Positions 34,742 to 44,871 of a stretch of DNA of 64,000 bases are shown here, in pieces (position 1 is the stretch's first letter; every line of letters begins with the position of its first letter). A program made the position numbers and the translations under genes. The notes below the pieces were generated by a model. The model had not been told where the DNA came from and did not search any database. It saw only the letters and a program-made list of their open reading frames with translations. The DNA comes from Candidatus Portnoybacteria bacterium (GTDB lineage Bacteria > Patescibacteriota > Minisyncoccia > Portnoybacterales > GWB1-42-6), in NCBI GenBank assembly GCA_028688325.1, contig JAQTYI010000002.1:76379-140378 (forward strand). The letters run 5' to 3'.

Positions 34742-35623
34742 ATGCCAAACTACAAGATAACCGGCTTGACCGCTGTCGTGCCGGTCCATAATGAAGAGTT
34801 AATAGTGAAAAAGGTGCTGGAAGACCTGAGGTCTTGCCTCGGGCAATCCGGACTCGACTGGGAGATAATCGCGGTTAATGACGGCTCAAAAGATAAAAGC
34901 CAAGCGATATTGGAAAGTATTTTCGGCATAAAGATCCTTACGCACCCCGAAAACCGCGGTTACGGCGCCAGTTTGAAAACCGGCATCAAAGAAGCGAAAT
35001 ATGACTGGATATTGATAATTGACGCGGACGGTACCTACCCCATCTCCGCCATCCCGGAATTTTTAAATTGCGCCGGCAATTACGATATGGTCAGCGGCTA
35101 CCGCACCGGCAAAAATCACGATGCCCGGTGGCTTGGCCTCCAAAAAATCGTCAAATTCATCCTGAAAAAATTGGTCGGCTATGTCTGCGGCCAAAAAGTC
35201 AGGGACATCAACTGCGGCCTCCGCGTTTTCAGCAAAAAGATAGTCCTGGAGTTTTGGCATCTTTATCCTGAAGGATTTTCCTTCACCACGACCTCGCTGA
35301 CCGCTTTTTTATCCCATGGCTACTCGGTCAAATTCTTGCCCATTGATTATCACCCGCGCCAAGGCAAATCCGGCATCCGGCCCCTGCGGGATTTTTACAA
35401 CTTCATCAATCTTATTCTGAAAATCGCCCTCTTCTTCCGCCCCCTGAAAGTTTTCGCGCCCATCAGCATACTGCTTTTTTTGGCCGGCCTTGTTGTGGCC
35501 GTTTATTCAGCGGTCTTCTTGCCCAAGATCCTGGATACCTCGGTAACCCTGCTCTTTGTTTCTTCTTTGCAAACGCTGTTTTTCGGACTCCTGGCCGCGC
35601 TGATAGTCCGGCGGCCGGAATAA
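34742..35623 (+). CDS. GT2 polyprenyl-phosphate glycosyltransferase (DPM1/ArnC-like) with C-terminal TM helices.
   Basis: VVPVHNEE ... IAVNDGSKDKS ... DADG; two C-terminal TM segments. Confidence 0.8.
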   Translation: MPNYKITGLTAVVPVHNEELIVKKVLEDLRSCLGQSGLDWEIIAVNDGSKDKSQAILESIFGIKILTHPENRGYGASLKTGIKEAKYDWILIIDADGTYPISAIPEFLNCAGNYDMVSGYRTGKNHDARWLGLQKIVKFILKKLVGYVCGQKVRDINCGLRVFSKKIVLEFWHLYPEGFSFTTTSLTAFLSHGYSVKFLPIDYHPRQGKSGIRPLRDFYNFINLILKIALFFRPLKVFAPISILLFLAGLVVAVYSAVFLPKILDTSVTLLFVSSLQTLFFGLLAALIVRRPE

Positions 35624-35639
35624 TCAGCTAAATCAAAAA

Positions 35640-37052
35640 ATGAAAATCTTATTGATCAGCCCGCCTGATTCCAACGAGATCCTGAGTTGTAATCCGGAAC
35701 TGGTAAAAAAAGAGAGAGGTTGCGACCCGCCGCTGGGTCTTTTATATTTGGCCGGGTATCTGGAAAAACAACCGGGCCTCGAGATAAAAGTTCTGGACAC
35801 GCAAGTTGAAAAGCTGGATTACCGACAGATAGAAGAACGGGTCCGGGAATTTATGCCGGATGTAGTGGGCATGACCATTATGACTTTTACCATTTTTGAT
35901 GTGTTGGAAGTCGTGAAAATCGTTAAGAAAATATCGCCAACTATTAAAGTGGCTCTGGGCGGACCGCACGCACACATCTACCCCAAAGAAACCCTGGACC
36001 TGCCGGGCGTTGATTTTGCCATCTTGGGCGAAGGCGAAGCGGCTTTGGCTGGATTGCTCGCCAACATCAATCAACCGGAAAAATTGAAAATGGTAAAAAA
36101 TCTGGCCTTCAAGCATAACGGCCAATTCATCAATACCGGAGTCCAGGACTTCATCAAGGACCTTGATTCCCTGCCCTTCCCGGCGCGCCATCTTGTCCCC
36201 TACAAAAAATACACCAATCTCTTGGCCAAAAAAACACCCCACACCACCATGTTCACCTCGCGCGGCTGCCCTTACCAGTGCACTTTTTGCGACCGCCCAA
36301 CGATGGGCCGGTTCTTCCGTGCCCGCTCGGCTAAAAACATCGTGGACGAAATGGCGCAATGCGTAAAAATGGGCATCGAAGAAATTTTCATTTACGACGA
36401 CACTTTTACCGTTGACCGCCAGCGCGTTATTGCCATTTGCGACGAAATACAGCGGCGCGGCCTAAAATTCACTTGGGACATTAGGGCGCGCGTTAATACC
36501 GTGGACGAAGAAGTGCTGACCAAATTAAAAGCGGCCGGTTGCGAACGCATCCACTACGGCGTTGAGGCCGGCACTGAAAAGATCCTGAAAGTTCTGAACA
36601 AGGGGATCCACCTGGATCAAGCGCTGGCTGTTTTCCGCCTGACCCAAAAGATCGGCATCTCCACTTTCGCTTATTTTATGATCGGCGCGCCGGAGGAAAC
36701 CAAAGCCGATGTTTTGGCTTCCATTGAATTTGCCAAAAAACTGAACCCTGCTTTCGTCCAGGTGACCACGCTAACGCCTTTTCCGGCAACTAAGATATAT
36801 CTCGACGCGTTGGCCACGGGCCAGATATCCAATGACTACTGGCTGGAATTTGCCCGCCACCCCAAACGGGATTTCCAAACGCCCCACTGGACGAAGATCT
36901 TATCCGAAGAAGAGCTGCGGGAACTCTCAACCCGATTTTATAAAGAATTTTATGTCCGGCCCGGCTACATTTTTAAACAGCTTCTTCAAATAAGGTCTTT
37001 GGGCGAACTTATTAAAAAAAGCAAGGCCGGTTTAAAAATAATCTTCTCTTAA
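35640..37052 (+). CDS. B12-binding-domain radical SAM enzyme.
   Basis: N-terminal cobalamin-binding Rossmann-like region (MKILLISPP ... GMTIMT) and a TSRGCPYQCTFCD CxxxCxxC cluster. Confidence 0.8.
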   Translation: MKILLISPPDSNEILSCNPELVKKERGCDPPLGLLYLAGYLEKQPGLEIKVLDTQVEKLDYRQIEERVREFMPDVVGMTIMTFTIFDVLEVVKIVKKISPTIKVALGGPHAHIYPKETLDLPGVDFAILGEGEAALAGLLANINQPEKLKMVKNLAFKHNGQFINTGVQDFIKDLDSLPFPARHLVPYKKYTNLLAKKTPHTTMFTSRGCPYQCTFCDRPTMGRFFRARSAKNIVDEMAQCVKMGIEEIFIYDDTFTVDRQRVIAICDEIQRRGLKFTWDIRARVNTVDEEVLTKLKAAGCERIHYGVEAGTEKILKVLNKGIHLDQALAVFRLTQKIGISTFAYFMIGAPEETKADVLASIEFAKKLNPAFVQVTTLTPFPATKIYLDALATGQISNDYWLEFARHPKRDFQTPHWTKILSEEELRELSTRFYKEFYVRPGYIFKQLLQIRSLGELIKKSKAGLKIIFS

Positions 37053-37073
37053 ATTATCGCCTTTAAAGATTAT

Positions 37074-37835
37074 ATGCTAAATTTCTTCTCCCGCCTTACC
37101 CAAGAAATCAAATACCAGCGGCAAAATGACTGGACGCTCCGGGAAGTGGGCGCGCATTGGGACGCCACCACGGACTATGACGACATCAACGAACGGACCT
37201 ATTCTTATTTCCGCCGCTTTGTTGACGCCTTCGCTCTCTATCCTGATTTGACGCCCGGCGCCACGCTGGATATCTGCAGCCGCACGGGCAACGGCACAGC
37301 TTACTATTTTGAACGCGGTAAAATTACGGATGTCGTCTGCGCCGATGTTTCCCAAAAAATGCTGGATATCTGCCACCAACACCTCAAAGACAAAAACATT
37401 GAGCACGAATTATCTCTTTTTACGGATTGGCCCCTGCCCTTCGCTGATAAACAATTCGATACTGTCTTGTCTTTTGAAACCATCGAACATATCGCCCAAC
37501 CCGAGGTCTTCCTGAAGGAGCTGGGGCGCGTTATCAAGCCCGGCGGCACCCTCATTCTGACTATGCCCAATATTTTATGGGAAGCTGTTCATTTTCTGGC
37601 CGCGGTCTTCAAATTCCATCACAGCGAAGGCCCGCACACTTTTTTGCGGAAAAAATTCGTGTCCGAGCAACTGGCCAAAAATAATTTTAAGATCCTCGCC
37701 CGGCAAACCACCATTTTAATTCCGGGCGGCCCCAAAAAACTGATAAAGCTGGGTGAGTATCTGGAAAAATTTTTGCCTGCTTTTATTGTTGACTTTCTGG
37801 GCCTGCGACACATTTTTATCTGCCAAAAAATTTAG
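37074..37835 (+). CDS. Class I SAM-dependent methyltransferase.
   Basis: LDICSRTGNG motif I and an IKPGGTLILT post-I region. Confidence 0.7.
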   Translation: MLNFFSRLTQEIKYQRQNDWTLREVGAHWDATTDYDDINERTYSYFRRFVDAFALYPDLTPGATLDICSRTGNGTAYYFERGKITDVVCADVSQKMLDICHQHLKDKNIEHELSLFTDWPLPFADKQFDTVLSFETIEHIAQPEVFLKELGRVIKPGGTLILTMPNILWEAVHFLAAVFKFHHSEGPHTFLRKKFVSEQLAKNNFKILARQTTILIPGGPKKLIKLGEYLEKFLPAFIVDFLGLRHIFICQKI

Positions 37836-37844
37836 CTCGCATGA

Positions 37845-37958
37845 ATCCCGTTAGAAGCCGCGATTGCGCCAGGATAAAACAGAATTTACATATCACTTTA
37901 TAATAATACTAAATCCGTCGTAGCTCGTGATTTTTCAGATCGCGATCTGCTTCTAACG
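37845..37958 (+). promoter_or_regulatory. Long inverted repeat whose 3' arm covers the start codon of the rSAM gene at 37961.
   Basis: atcccgttagaagccgcgat ... atcgcgatctgcttctaacgggatgaaa; the 14-bp perfect arms are atcccgttagaagc / gcttctaacgggat. Confidence 0.5.
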
Positions 37959-37960
37959 GG

Positions 37961-39385
37961 ATGAAAATACTTTTAATCGTTCCTCCCTACACCAACTTTG
38001 AAGGCATGAAAGAATCCGGCGGCCATATGCTTTCGCTGGGACTGGCCTACATCGCGGCCTATTTGCGTTCAAAAAGCGACGACCAAATAGAAATATTGGA
38101 CACGGAAGTGGAAGGGTTGAATTATGACCAGATAAAAGACCGGATAAAAAAATATAGCCCGGATATCTGCGGCTTCAACTGCCCTACGCCGACCATGGCC
38201 CATGTCGGCCGCCTAACCGCCCTGATAAAGCAAGTTTTGCCCGCCTGCCAAGTGATCCTGGGCGGTATCCATCCCACGGTCATGCCGAACGAATCCCTCC
38301 AAGAAACCGGCGCCGATTTTGCGGTCATCGGCGAAGGCGAAATAACTTTTTATGAACTGATCGAAGCCCTGAAGCAAAAACAAACTGACCTTTCAAAAAC
38401 ACCCGGGCTGGCTTGGCGCATCGGCCAAAAAATCATCCTCAACGCGCCGCGCGAATTCATCAATGACCTGGATGCTCTGCCTTTCCCGGCGCGAGATCTA
38501 TTCGACCTGCCACTTTATTATTCCGCGCCAACCAAAAAAGTTAGCAAGGAGAACGCTACTCCCATCTTAACTTCGCGCGGCTGCCCTTTTAATTGTATCC
38601 ATTGCTGTTCCCGCGTGGTCTGGCAAGGCCGGTTGCGCTTCCGCTCGGCTCAAAATGTTCTGGCGGAGATCGAAGAATGCATCAATAAATACGACCTGAA
38701 AGAATTCAATTTTTTTGACGACACCTTTACCGCTAACCGCGCTCGCGTTATAGAAATATGCCGGGGACTGATTAACCGCCGTCTTAATATTTCCTGGATC
38801 TGTTTTTCCCGGGCTAATACCATAGACAAGGAGCTGGCGGCCATTATGAAGCGGGCCGGCTGCCAAAAGATATCCTTTGGCCTGGAAAGCGGTTCTCAAG
38901 AAATTCTGAACTTGATGAGAAAAAATACCACGCTGGCCATGGCGCGCCAAGCGGTCGCCGATGTCGCCAACAGTAATATTGCGGTCCATGCGAGCTTCAT
39001 GCTGGGAAATGTGGGCGAAACCGAAAACACCATAAAAGAAACCTTGGCTTTTGCTAAAGGCCTGCCGCTGGATAATGCCACTTTTTTCATCACCTCCCCT
39101 TTCCCCGGCACCGACCTCTACGATATCGCCCGGCGCCTCGGCAGCATCAACAGCCGGACCCGCTGGGAAGAATTCGCCCCGCTAACCAACGCTTCTCCCA
39201 TCCTCGTGCAAAAGAATGTTTCCAAGGAACGCCTGATATACTGGCAAAAGCGCGCCTTCCGGGAGTTTTACCTCCGGCCAAAATATATCATCAGGAAATT
39301 ACGCCTGCTGACTTCCTGGAGCGGCATAAAAACCCTGCTGGAAGGATTAAGAATTCTTATCAGGATAATATTTAAGAAAATTTAG
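37961..39385 (+). CDS. B12-binding-domain radical SAM enzyme.
   Basis: MKILLIVPP ... TSRGCPFNCIHCCS. Confidence 0.8.
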   Translation: MKILLIVPPYTNFEGMKESGGHMLSLGLAYIAAYLRSKSDDQIEILDTEVEGLNYDQIKDRIKKYSPDICGFNCPTPTMAHVGRLTALIKQVLPACQVILGGIHPTVMPNESLQETGADFAVIGEGEITFYELIEALKQKQTDLSKTPGLAWRIGQKIILNAPREFINDLDALPFPARDLFDLPLYYSAPTKKVSKENATPILTSRGCPFNCIHCCSRVVWQGRLRFRSAQNVLAEIEECINKYDLKEFNFFDDTFTANRARVIEICRGLINRRLNISWICFSRANTIDKELAAIMKRAGCQKISFGLESGSQEILNLMRKNTTLAMARQAVADVANSNIAVHASFMLGNVGETENTIKETLAFAKGLPLDNATFFITSPFPGTDLYDIARRLGSINSRTRWEEFAPLTNASPILVQKNVSKERLIYWQKRAFREFYLRPKYIIRKLRLLTSWSGIKTLLEGLRILIRIIFKKI

Positions 39386-39386
39386 C

Positions 39387-40805
39387 ATGCCAAACAACAA
39401 ATGTCTTTTCGTTTATGTCGGACAATCGGATATGGGATTCACTTTGGCCGGCCAAAGGGACTATGGCATGAAAAGAGAGCCCCAAATCGGGTTTGCCTAT
39501 CTTAGCGCTGTTTTGCAACAACAAAATGTTGACTCGGAAATTTTAGACCTGACAATTCATCCCCACACCAAAGAATCGCTAAATGACTATATTGGGAAAA
39601 CTGATCCGATTTTTGTCGGCTTCTACGCCGCTGCCGCCATCAAGGATTGCCTGATCGGTTTTTTGCGGTCAACCCGGCAGAAACTTCCGAACTTAAAAAT
39701 ATTCGTCGGCGGGCCGGATATGTTTGAGTATAAAGATTACATAGCGGCCGGCGCGGATATTTACTGCTTAGGGGAGGGAGAAAGAACCATTGTAGAATTG
39801 CTTGACTGGTGCCAAGGGAAAAAAGAAAAACACCAGATTAAAGGCATCGCTTATAAAGACGGTGCCGGCAAATTTCACCAGGCCCCAGCGCAAGAGTTTA
39901 TTAAAAATCTTGATGAGCTCCCCTTTCCGGCTTGGGATAAGTTCGACCTGAATAATTATTACGATTATCATGTTTTTGATATGGCTCAACCCTACGCCAC
40001 TATTATGGCCTCACGCGGCTGCCCCTTTAAATGCAGCTACTGCCTTTCCAATAAGATTTGGGGCGGCGTTTGCCGGCGGCGTTCTCCGGATAATGTTCTG
40101 GCGGAAATTGATTATTTGGTGCAAAAACGCGGCGTCAAATATATTAAATTCCAAGATGACATTTGGGCGCTGCTGGATATTAATTGGGCCACGGAATTTT
40201 GCCAAAAATTAATAAACCGGAAATATAATTTAAAGTGGCGGTGTATATTACACCCAACCAGCTTTTTAAATAATCGCGATAAAATTCTCCCGTTAATGAA
40301 AAAAGCTGGCTGCACCTCCGTGACCATCGGCTTGCAATCCGTCTCCGCCAGGATCTTGAAAAATATCCATCGCGATCCGGGACAACCGGCCGCTTTAGCC
40401 AACCTGGTCAGCCAGGCAAAAAAAGCCGGCCTGCTAAACAGCGTTGACTTCATTTTCGGCCTGCCGGGCGAAACCGAAGAAACCATTGAAGAAAATATCA
40501 AGTTTGCGATAAAGGTCAAGCCGACTTTTTGCGGCTTCTATGCTCTGTCTATTCTGACCGGCTCGGATATTTGGCAAGACCAAAAGCAAGGAAAATTCCA
40601 AGGCCTGCCGGAAGATATTGTTCAAAAAAGATGCAAAGAAGCCGCCCGGCGCTTTTATACTGATCCCGGCGTCTTTTTTAACACCTTCTTTTCTATCATG
40701 AAAACAAATCCTAAATGGATATTGCGGGCCCTGGGCCACACCAAGTATTTATTAAATCTTTCCGGCGTTTTAGGCAAAAAAACGATTAATGTTAACCGAC
40801 AATAA
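39387..40805 (+). CDS. B12-binding-domain radical SAM enzyme (paralog of 41720-43135).
   Basis: ASRGCPFKCSYCLS cluster; N-terminal region alignable with the inverted paralog. Confidence 0.7.
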   Translation: MPNNKCLFVYVGQSDMGFTLAGQRDYGMKREPQIGFAYLSAVLQQQNVDSEILDLTIHPHTKESLNDYIGKTDPIFVGFYAAAAIKDCLIGFLRSTRQKLPNLKIFVGGPDMFEYKDYIAAGADIYCLGEGERTIVELLDWCQGKKEKHQIKGIAYKDGAGKFHQAPAQEFIKNLDELPFPAWDKFDLNNYYDYHVFDMAQPYATIMASRGCPFKCSYCLSNKIWGGVCRRRSPDNVLAEIDYLVQKRGVKYIKFQDDIWALLDINWATEFCQKLINRKYNLKWRCILHPTSFLNNRDKILPLMKKAGCTSVTIGLQSVSARILKNIHRDPGQPAALANLVSQAKKAGLLNSVDFIFGLPGETEETIEENIKFAIKVKPTFCGFYALSILTGSDIWQDQKQGKFQGLPEDIVQKRCKEAARRFYTDPGVFFNTFFSIMKTNPKWILRALGHTKYLLNLSGVLGKKTINVNRQ

Positions 40806-40807
40806 TT

Positions 40808-41716
40808 ATGCTAAAAAAATTTCTTAAAAAAAGTTATCTGCTCATCGGCCTGGCTATCTTTGTTTGGGTTATGAAAGATATTAATTTTGCCGAGCTCGTT
40901 AAAATAATTCCCAATATAAATATCTGGTATTATATTTTGGCTCTTGTTTTATATCTGCCCGTCGCGCTGCTCAAATCCTACCGATGGAAAAAGATCCTGG
41001 AAATTCAAGGCATCGTCTATTCCTTTAAGGATGCTTTCTATATTTATAACTCCAGCCTGCTGCTGGGCTTGGTCACGCCGGGCAGGATAGGTGATGCCAG
41101 CAAGGTTCTCTACCTGAAAAAAGATAACCGATCTTTCGGGCAAGCGGTTTTTGGCGTCCTCTTTGACAAGGTCTCCGACTTGGTTTTTGTGGCTTTGTTC
41201 TTAGCGATCACTTTTCCTTTCTTGCCTCTGGTCCCGCGTCTGGCCGTCAATTACCCCGCTCTTTTTCAATTTTCCTTGCTCGTTGGCGGGTCGGCAATCA
41301 TTCTTTTCTCTTTCGTCTATTTTAAAAAAAATAGCCGGCTACGCCAGCTGACCCTGAGGACTATAGAAGAACTCAAGAAATTCAAGATAAAAGATGACCT
41401 CTACCTGTTGATCCTGACCGCTTTCACTTGGTTCATCTATTTTTTCATGATCTATCTTATCGCGGTCAGCGTCGGCATCAATAGCCAAATCGGATTTTTC
41501 TACTTAGCTTTTTCCGCCGCCCTGATAACTTTAGCCGCCCTCTTGCCAATCTCGGTTCTGGGCATCGGCACCCGAGAAGCCGCCTTATTATTTTTTCTGC
41601 TACCGCTGGGATTAAATAAAGAAACTATCGTCCTTTTTTCGCTGCTGATAACCTTCAATTATCTCGGCCTTTTTCTGATCTGCTTCTATGCCTGGTTCAA
41701 AAAACCGATGGTATAA
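40808..41716 (+). CDS. Flippase-like / lysylphosphatidylglycerol-synthase-TM-region (UPF0104) membrane protein.
   Basis: 8 TM helices; YRWKKIL ... GRIGDASKVLYL signature. Confidence 0.6.
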   Translation: MLKKFLKKSYLLIGLAIFVWVMKDINFAELVKIIPNINIWYYILALVLYLPVALLKSYRWKKILEIQGIVYSFKDAFYIYNSSLLLGLVTPGRIGDASKVLYLKKDNRSFGQAVFGVLFDKVSDLVFVALFLAITFPFLPLVPRLAVNYPALFQFSLLVGGSAIILFSFVYFKKNSRLRQLTLRTIEELKKFKIKDDLYLLILTAFTWFIYFFMIYLIAVSVGINSQIGFFYLAFSAALITLAALLPISVLGIGTREAALLFFLLPLGLNKETIVLFSLLITFNYLGLFLICFYAWFKKPMV

Positions 41717-41719
41717 AGA

Positions 41720-43135
41720 TTATTTTATGCTTTTACTTTTAACTTTGGAAAGGCCGGAAAGATCAAACACATAATCCAGGTGCCTTAAAGCCAGCAAGGG
41801 CCAGGCCGGATTCCTTTTCAGCATAAATTTGAGGATATTGAAAACTACTGCCGGATTCGTGAAAAAACGCCGGGAGGCCTCTTTGCATTTTTTATCCAAA
41901 AGCTCCCTGGGCAAGGACTGATAATTCCCTTCTTCTTTCGCCTGCCAGATATCAGAACCCGGCAATAAGGACAGCACATAGAAAGCCGTGAAGGTCGGTT
42001 TCACTTTCAAAGAATAACGGATAGATTCCTCGATGGTCTCCTCGGTCTCGCCCGGCAAGCCGAAAATGAAAGCCGTACTGTTCAAAATGTCTTCTTGCTT
42101 CATCACCTCTATCAATTTAGCCAAGGCCTCCGGTTCCGCGGGGCTTCTTTTTATATTCCGCAATATCTTAGACGAAGCGGATTGCAAACCGGTATTTATG
42201 GATGTGCAACCGGCCTCTCTCATCCTCGGCAAAATTTCCTTTTGGCTTTTCAGAAAACTCATCGGATGCAAAATGCACCGCCAAGTTAAATCATACTTCC
42301 GGTTTTTTATTTCGCGGCATATTTCTTTGGCCCAGCCATCATTCTGCCACGACCAGATGTCATCCTGAAAAGTGATGGTTTTGACCCCGAGCTCCCTGAC
42401 CAGATAATCTATCTCCCTCATCACATGCCCAACCGAACGCAAACGATACTTGCCCTGCCAAATTTTGTGGGAAACGCAATAAGCGCAACAAAAAGGACAG
42501 CCCCGGGAAGCCATAATGGATGTATGGGGCGGCCGCATGTCAAAAACATGATAGTCGTAATAATTGTTCAGATCGAATTTATCCCAGGCCGGAACGGGCA
42601 GCTCATCCAAATTTTCTATCAACTCCCTCGGCGGCGTGGAAATTATCTGTCCGCCTTCTTTATAAGCAATCCCTTTTATGTCGTTCCGCCGTTTTTTACC
42701 GGCCGCGTAGTCGATCAATTCCGCCATAGTTCGCTCGCCTTCGCCCAAGCAATAGGCGTCAGCGCCCGCGTTAAGATAGGCGGCGAAATCATAAACATCC
42801 GGCCCGCCGACGAATATTTTCAGGTCCGGGAACCTTTGATGGAGAAATTCTATGAATTCCACCAAATTATCTTTTATGGCCGCGGCCGCGTAGAGGCCGA
42901 CAAACAACGGCGCCAGGGCCGCCACATAATCAGCCAGCCATTCCTTGTTATGGGATTGGACGGTAAAATCAAGGATTTCCGGCTCCACCCCGCGCTCTCG
43001 TGCCACGGCAGCCAAATAAGCCGAGCCGATCTGCGGCTCTCTCTTTATCCCGTAGTCCCTCTTTTTGGCCAGCATATAATCCATATCCGTCTGGCCGACA
43101 TAAATAAAAACGCATTTCTTTGAGATATTATTCAT
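41720..43135 (-). CDS. B12-binding-domain radical SAM enzyme (inverted paralog of 39387-40805).
   Basis: ASRGCPFCCAYCVS; MNNISKKCVFIYVGQTDMDYMLAKKRDYGIKREPQIG parallels MPNNKCLFVYVGQSDMGFTLAGQRDYGMKREPQIG. Confidence 0.7.
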   Translation of the reverse strand: MNNISKKCVFIYVGQTDMDYMLAKKRDYGIKREPQIGSAYLAAVARERGVEPEILDFTVQSHNKEWLADYVAALAPLFVGLYAAAAIKDNLVEFIEFLHQRFPDLKIFVGGPDVYDFAAYLNAGADAYCLGEGERTMAELIDYAAGKKRRNDIKGIAYKEGGQIISTPPRELIENLDELPVPAWDKFDLNNYYDYHVFDMRPPHTSIMASRGCPFCCAYCVSHKIWQGKYRLRSVGHVMREIDYLVRELGVKTITFQDDIWSWQNDGWAKEICREIKNRKYDLTWRCILHPMSFLKSQKEILPRMREAGCTSINTGLQSASSKILRNIKRSPAEPEALAKLIEVMKQEDILNSTAFIFGLPGETEETIEESIRYSLKVKPTFTAFYVLSLLPGSDIWQAKEEGNYQSLPRELLDKKCKEASRRFFTNPAVVFNILKFMLKRNPAWPLLALRHLDYVFDLSGLSKVKSKSIK

Positions 43136-43145
43136 ATATTTGACC

Positions 43146-44852
43146 CTATCTGACCAGATTAAGGATAAATGACTTTATAGGAGAAATTTTCGGTTCGCCG
43201 GCCGAAGAGAGGCCGTCGGTCAGGTTTATGGCGCCCGATGACTCGGTGATCTTTTTAGACAGTTCGCTGTCATAAGCCATAATATAGCCGACTTTAAAAT
43301 CAGCAAAGGCCTCCTTAATTTTATTTTCCGCCAGCAGCTTTTTTACGGTTGCCTCACGGAAGATAACAATAGATTTTTCCGCCAGATAATTCAACAAAAC
43401 GGCATCCTGAGTATCCGAGCTAAAAGCGATAACCCGATCGGACTTTATATCGCGGCTTTTTATCTGGGCAAGATAATGCTCTGTTCTCGCGGAGTTACCG
43501 TTATAAACATTGCCGAACACCACATGGTCGGCTAAAAAAATGCTATACGCGAAAATGAAGATCAAAAAGAAAGAAAAAATCAGATTATTCTTAGCGGATA
43601 AACCAAGCTTTTCTTTGAGGATATCAATCAGATAAAATATCCCTAAAGAAGCTAACAGCGGCATCGCCCAGGAAAAATCCATCAGGTGGGGCCGCGAAGC
43701 CAAAACGACAAAAGACAGCAAGAGAATTGTTGTTGTCACCCAAAAAATAAAAAACTTATAGAGATCTTCGTCTTTGCGTCTTAAATAGAATAAACCTAGT
43801 AGCGCCAGGAACATCACGACCGGTCCGCCGGCCTCTTGCAACGAGAAAAAATAGCCCAGATGCCCGGCTAAAAGCAACCCGCCCAAAGGCAACCTTTCCC
43901 AAAAAGCCGCGCTACCCTCGCCGGTGTTCCCCAGCACTTTCTTTAATTGTAAAGATTCCATAAATCCGGCATTTTTTATTCCGGCATTATAGCTATCCAA
44001 AAAACTCTGTCTCTCGAAGTGATAAGTATAGGGATCCGGGTATAAGTGGCCGTAAAGCGAGAAATCCTGGAAGCTGTTTTCCGACTGGGCGTTGGAAAAA
44101 AATAATTTTGAATAGACATTCCCGCCTTCTTGGCTGAAAAAAGACGGAATGTAAAAAACCGATAGAATTAAAACTACCGGAATAAAAAGCGGGATTAGCA
44201 GCCGGCGAGAACGGTAGAGCCAAAAATATAAAAATAAAATGGGGATGAGCAGCAGAAAGGCCTCTCTGGCCAAGGCCGCCAAAACCAGGCAGATCCCGGC
44301 CGAAAACAGCCAGATATTTTCTCGGCGTGCACCGCGGCCAAAAACAAAACACAGGAAGAAAAGCGACAAAAATAAAAATGCAAATTCATAACTCCCGATA
44401 GAATAGATTTGCTGCCAAAGGATCGGGGTTAACGCGTAGAGTGCCGAAAACAAAGCGGCGGCTCCAAACCCGTAAAGGCGGCGGACAACCACGGCGAATA
44501 TCAATAGCGCCAAACAATTCAATAGGATAGAAACAATAACCAAAACATCCGGCGACAACGGACCCGTCACCTTGAACAGGGCGGCATATAAATAAGTGGT
44601 CAACTTATTGCCGGCTAAGGCAACTTCCGCCTCATCTTTGACCAACGATGGCGCCAAAAAAACATTTAATTTATTTTCAAAGCCAAAAACGCCGGTCTGC
44701 TGAAAATTCTTCGCGATAACCAGCGAGTCCTTTATCTTATACGGCGCCTGGCCTTTGAACAGCACCGGCGCGTACCAGACACAAAAACTGCCGATAAATA
44801 TCGTTGTAAAAAATAACAAAAGAAGGACTATTTTTTTTATTGAACTGCTCAT
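43146..44852 (-). CDS. Polytopic GT-C-like membrane glycosyltransferase (ArnT/PMT-like).
   Basis: About 12 TM helices with short loops and a C-terminal soluble domain; co-operonic with GT2 and flippase-like genes. Confidence 0.45.
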   Translation of the reverse strand: MSSSIKKIVLLLLFFTTIFIGSFCVWYAPVLFKGQAPYKIKDSLVIAKNFQQTGVFGFENKLNVFLAPSLVKDEAEVALAGNKLTTYLYAALFKVTGPLSPDVLVIVSILLNCLALLIFAVVVRRLYGFGAAALFSALYALTPILWQQIYSIGSYEFAFLFLSLFFLCFVFGRGARRENIWLFSAGICLVLAALAREAFLLLIPILFLYFWLYRSRRLLIPLFIPVVLILSVFYIPSFFSQEGGNVYSKLFFSNAQSENSFQDFSLYGHLYPDPYTYHFERQSFLDSYNAGIKNAGFMESLQLKKVLGNTGEGSAAFWERLPLGGLLLAGHLGYFFSLQEAGGPVVMFLALLGLFYLRRKDEDLYKFFIFWVTTTILLLSFVVLASRPHLMDFSWAMPLLASLGIFYLIDILKEKLGLSAKNNLIFSFFLIFIFAYSIFLADHVVFGNVYNGNSARTEHYLAQIKSRDIKSDRVIAFSSDTQDAVLLNYLAEKSIVIFREATVKKLLAENKIKEAFADFKVGYIMAYDSELSKKITESSGAINLTDGLSSAGEPKISPIKSFILNLVR

Positions 44853-44871
44853 AAACTTTTTATAATTATAA

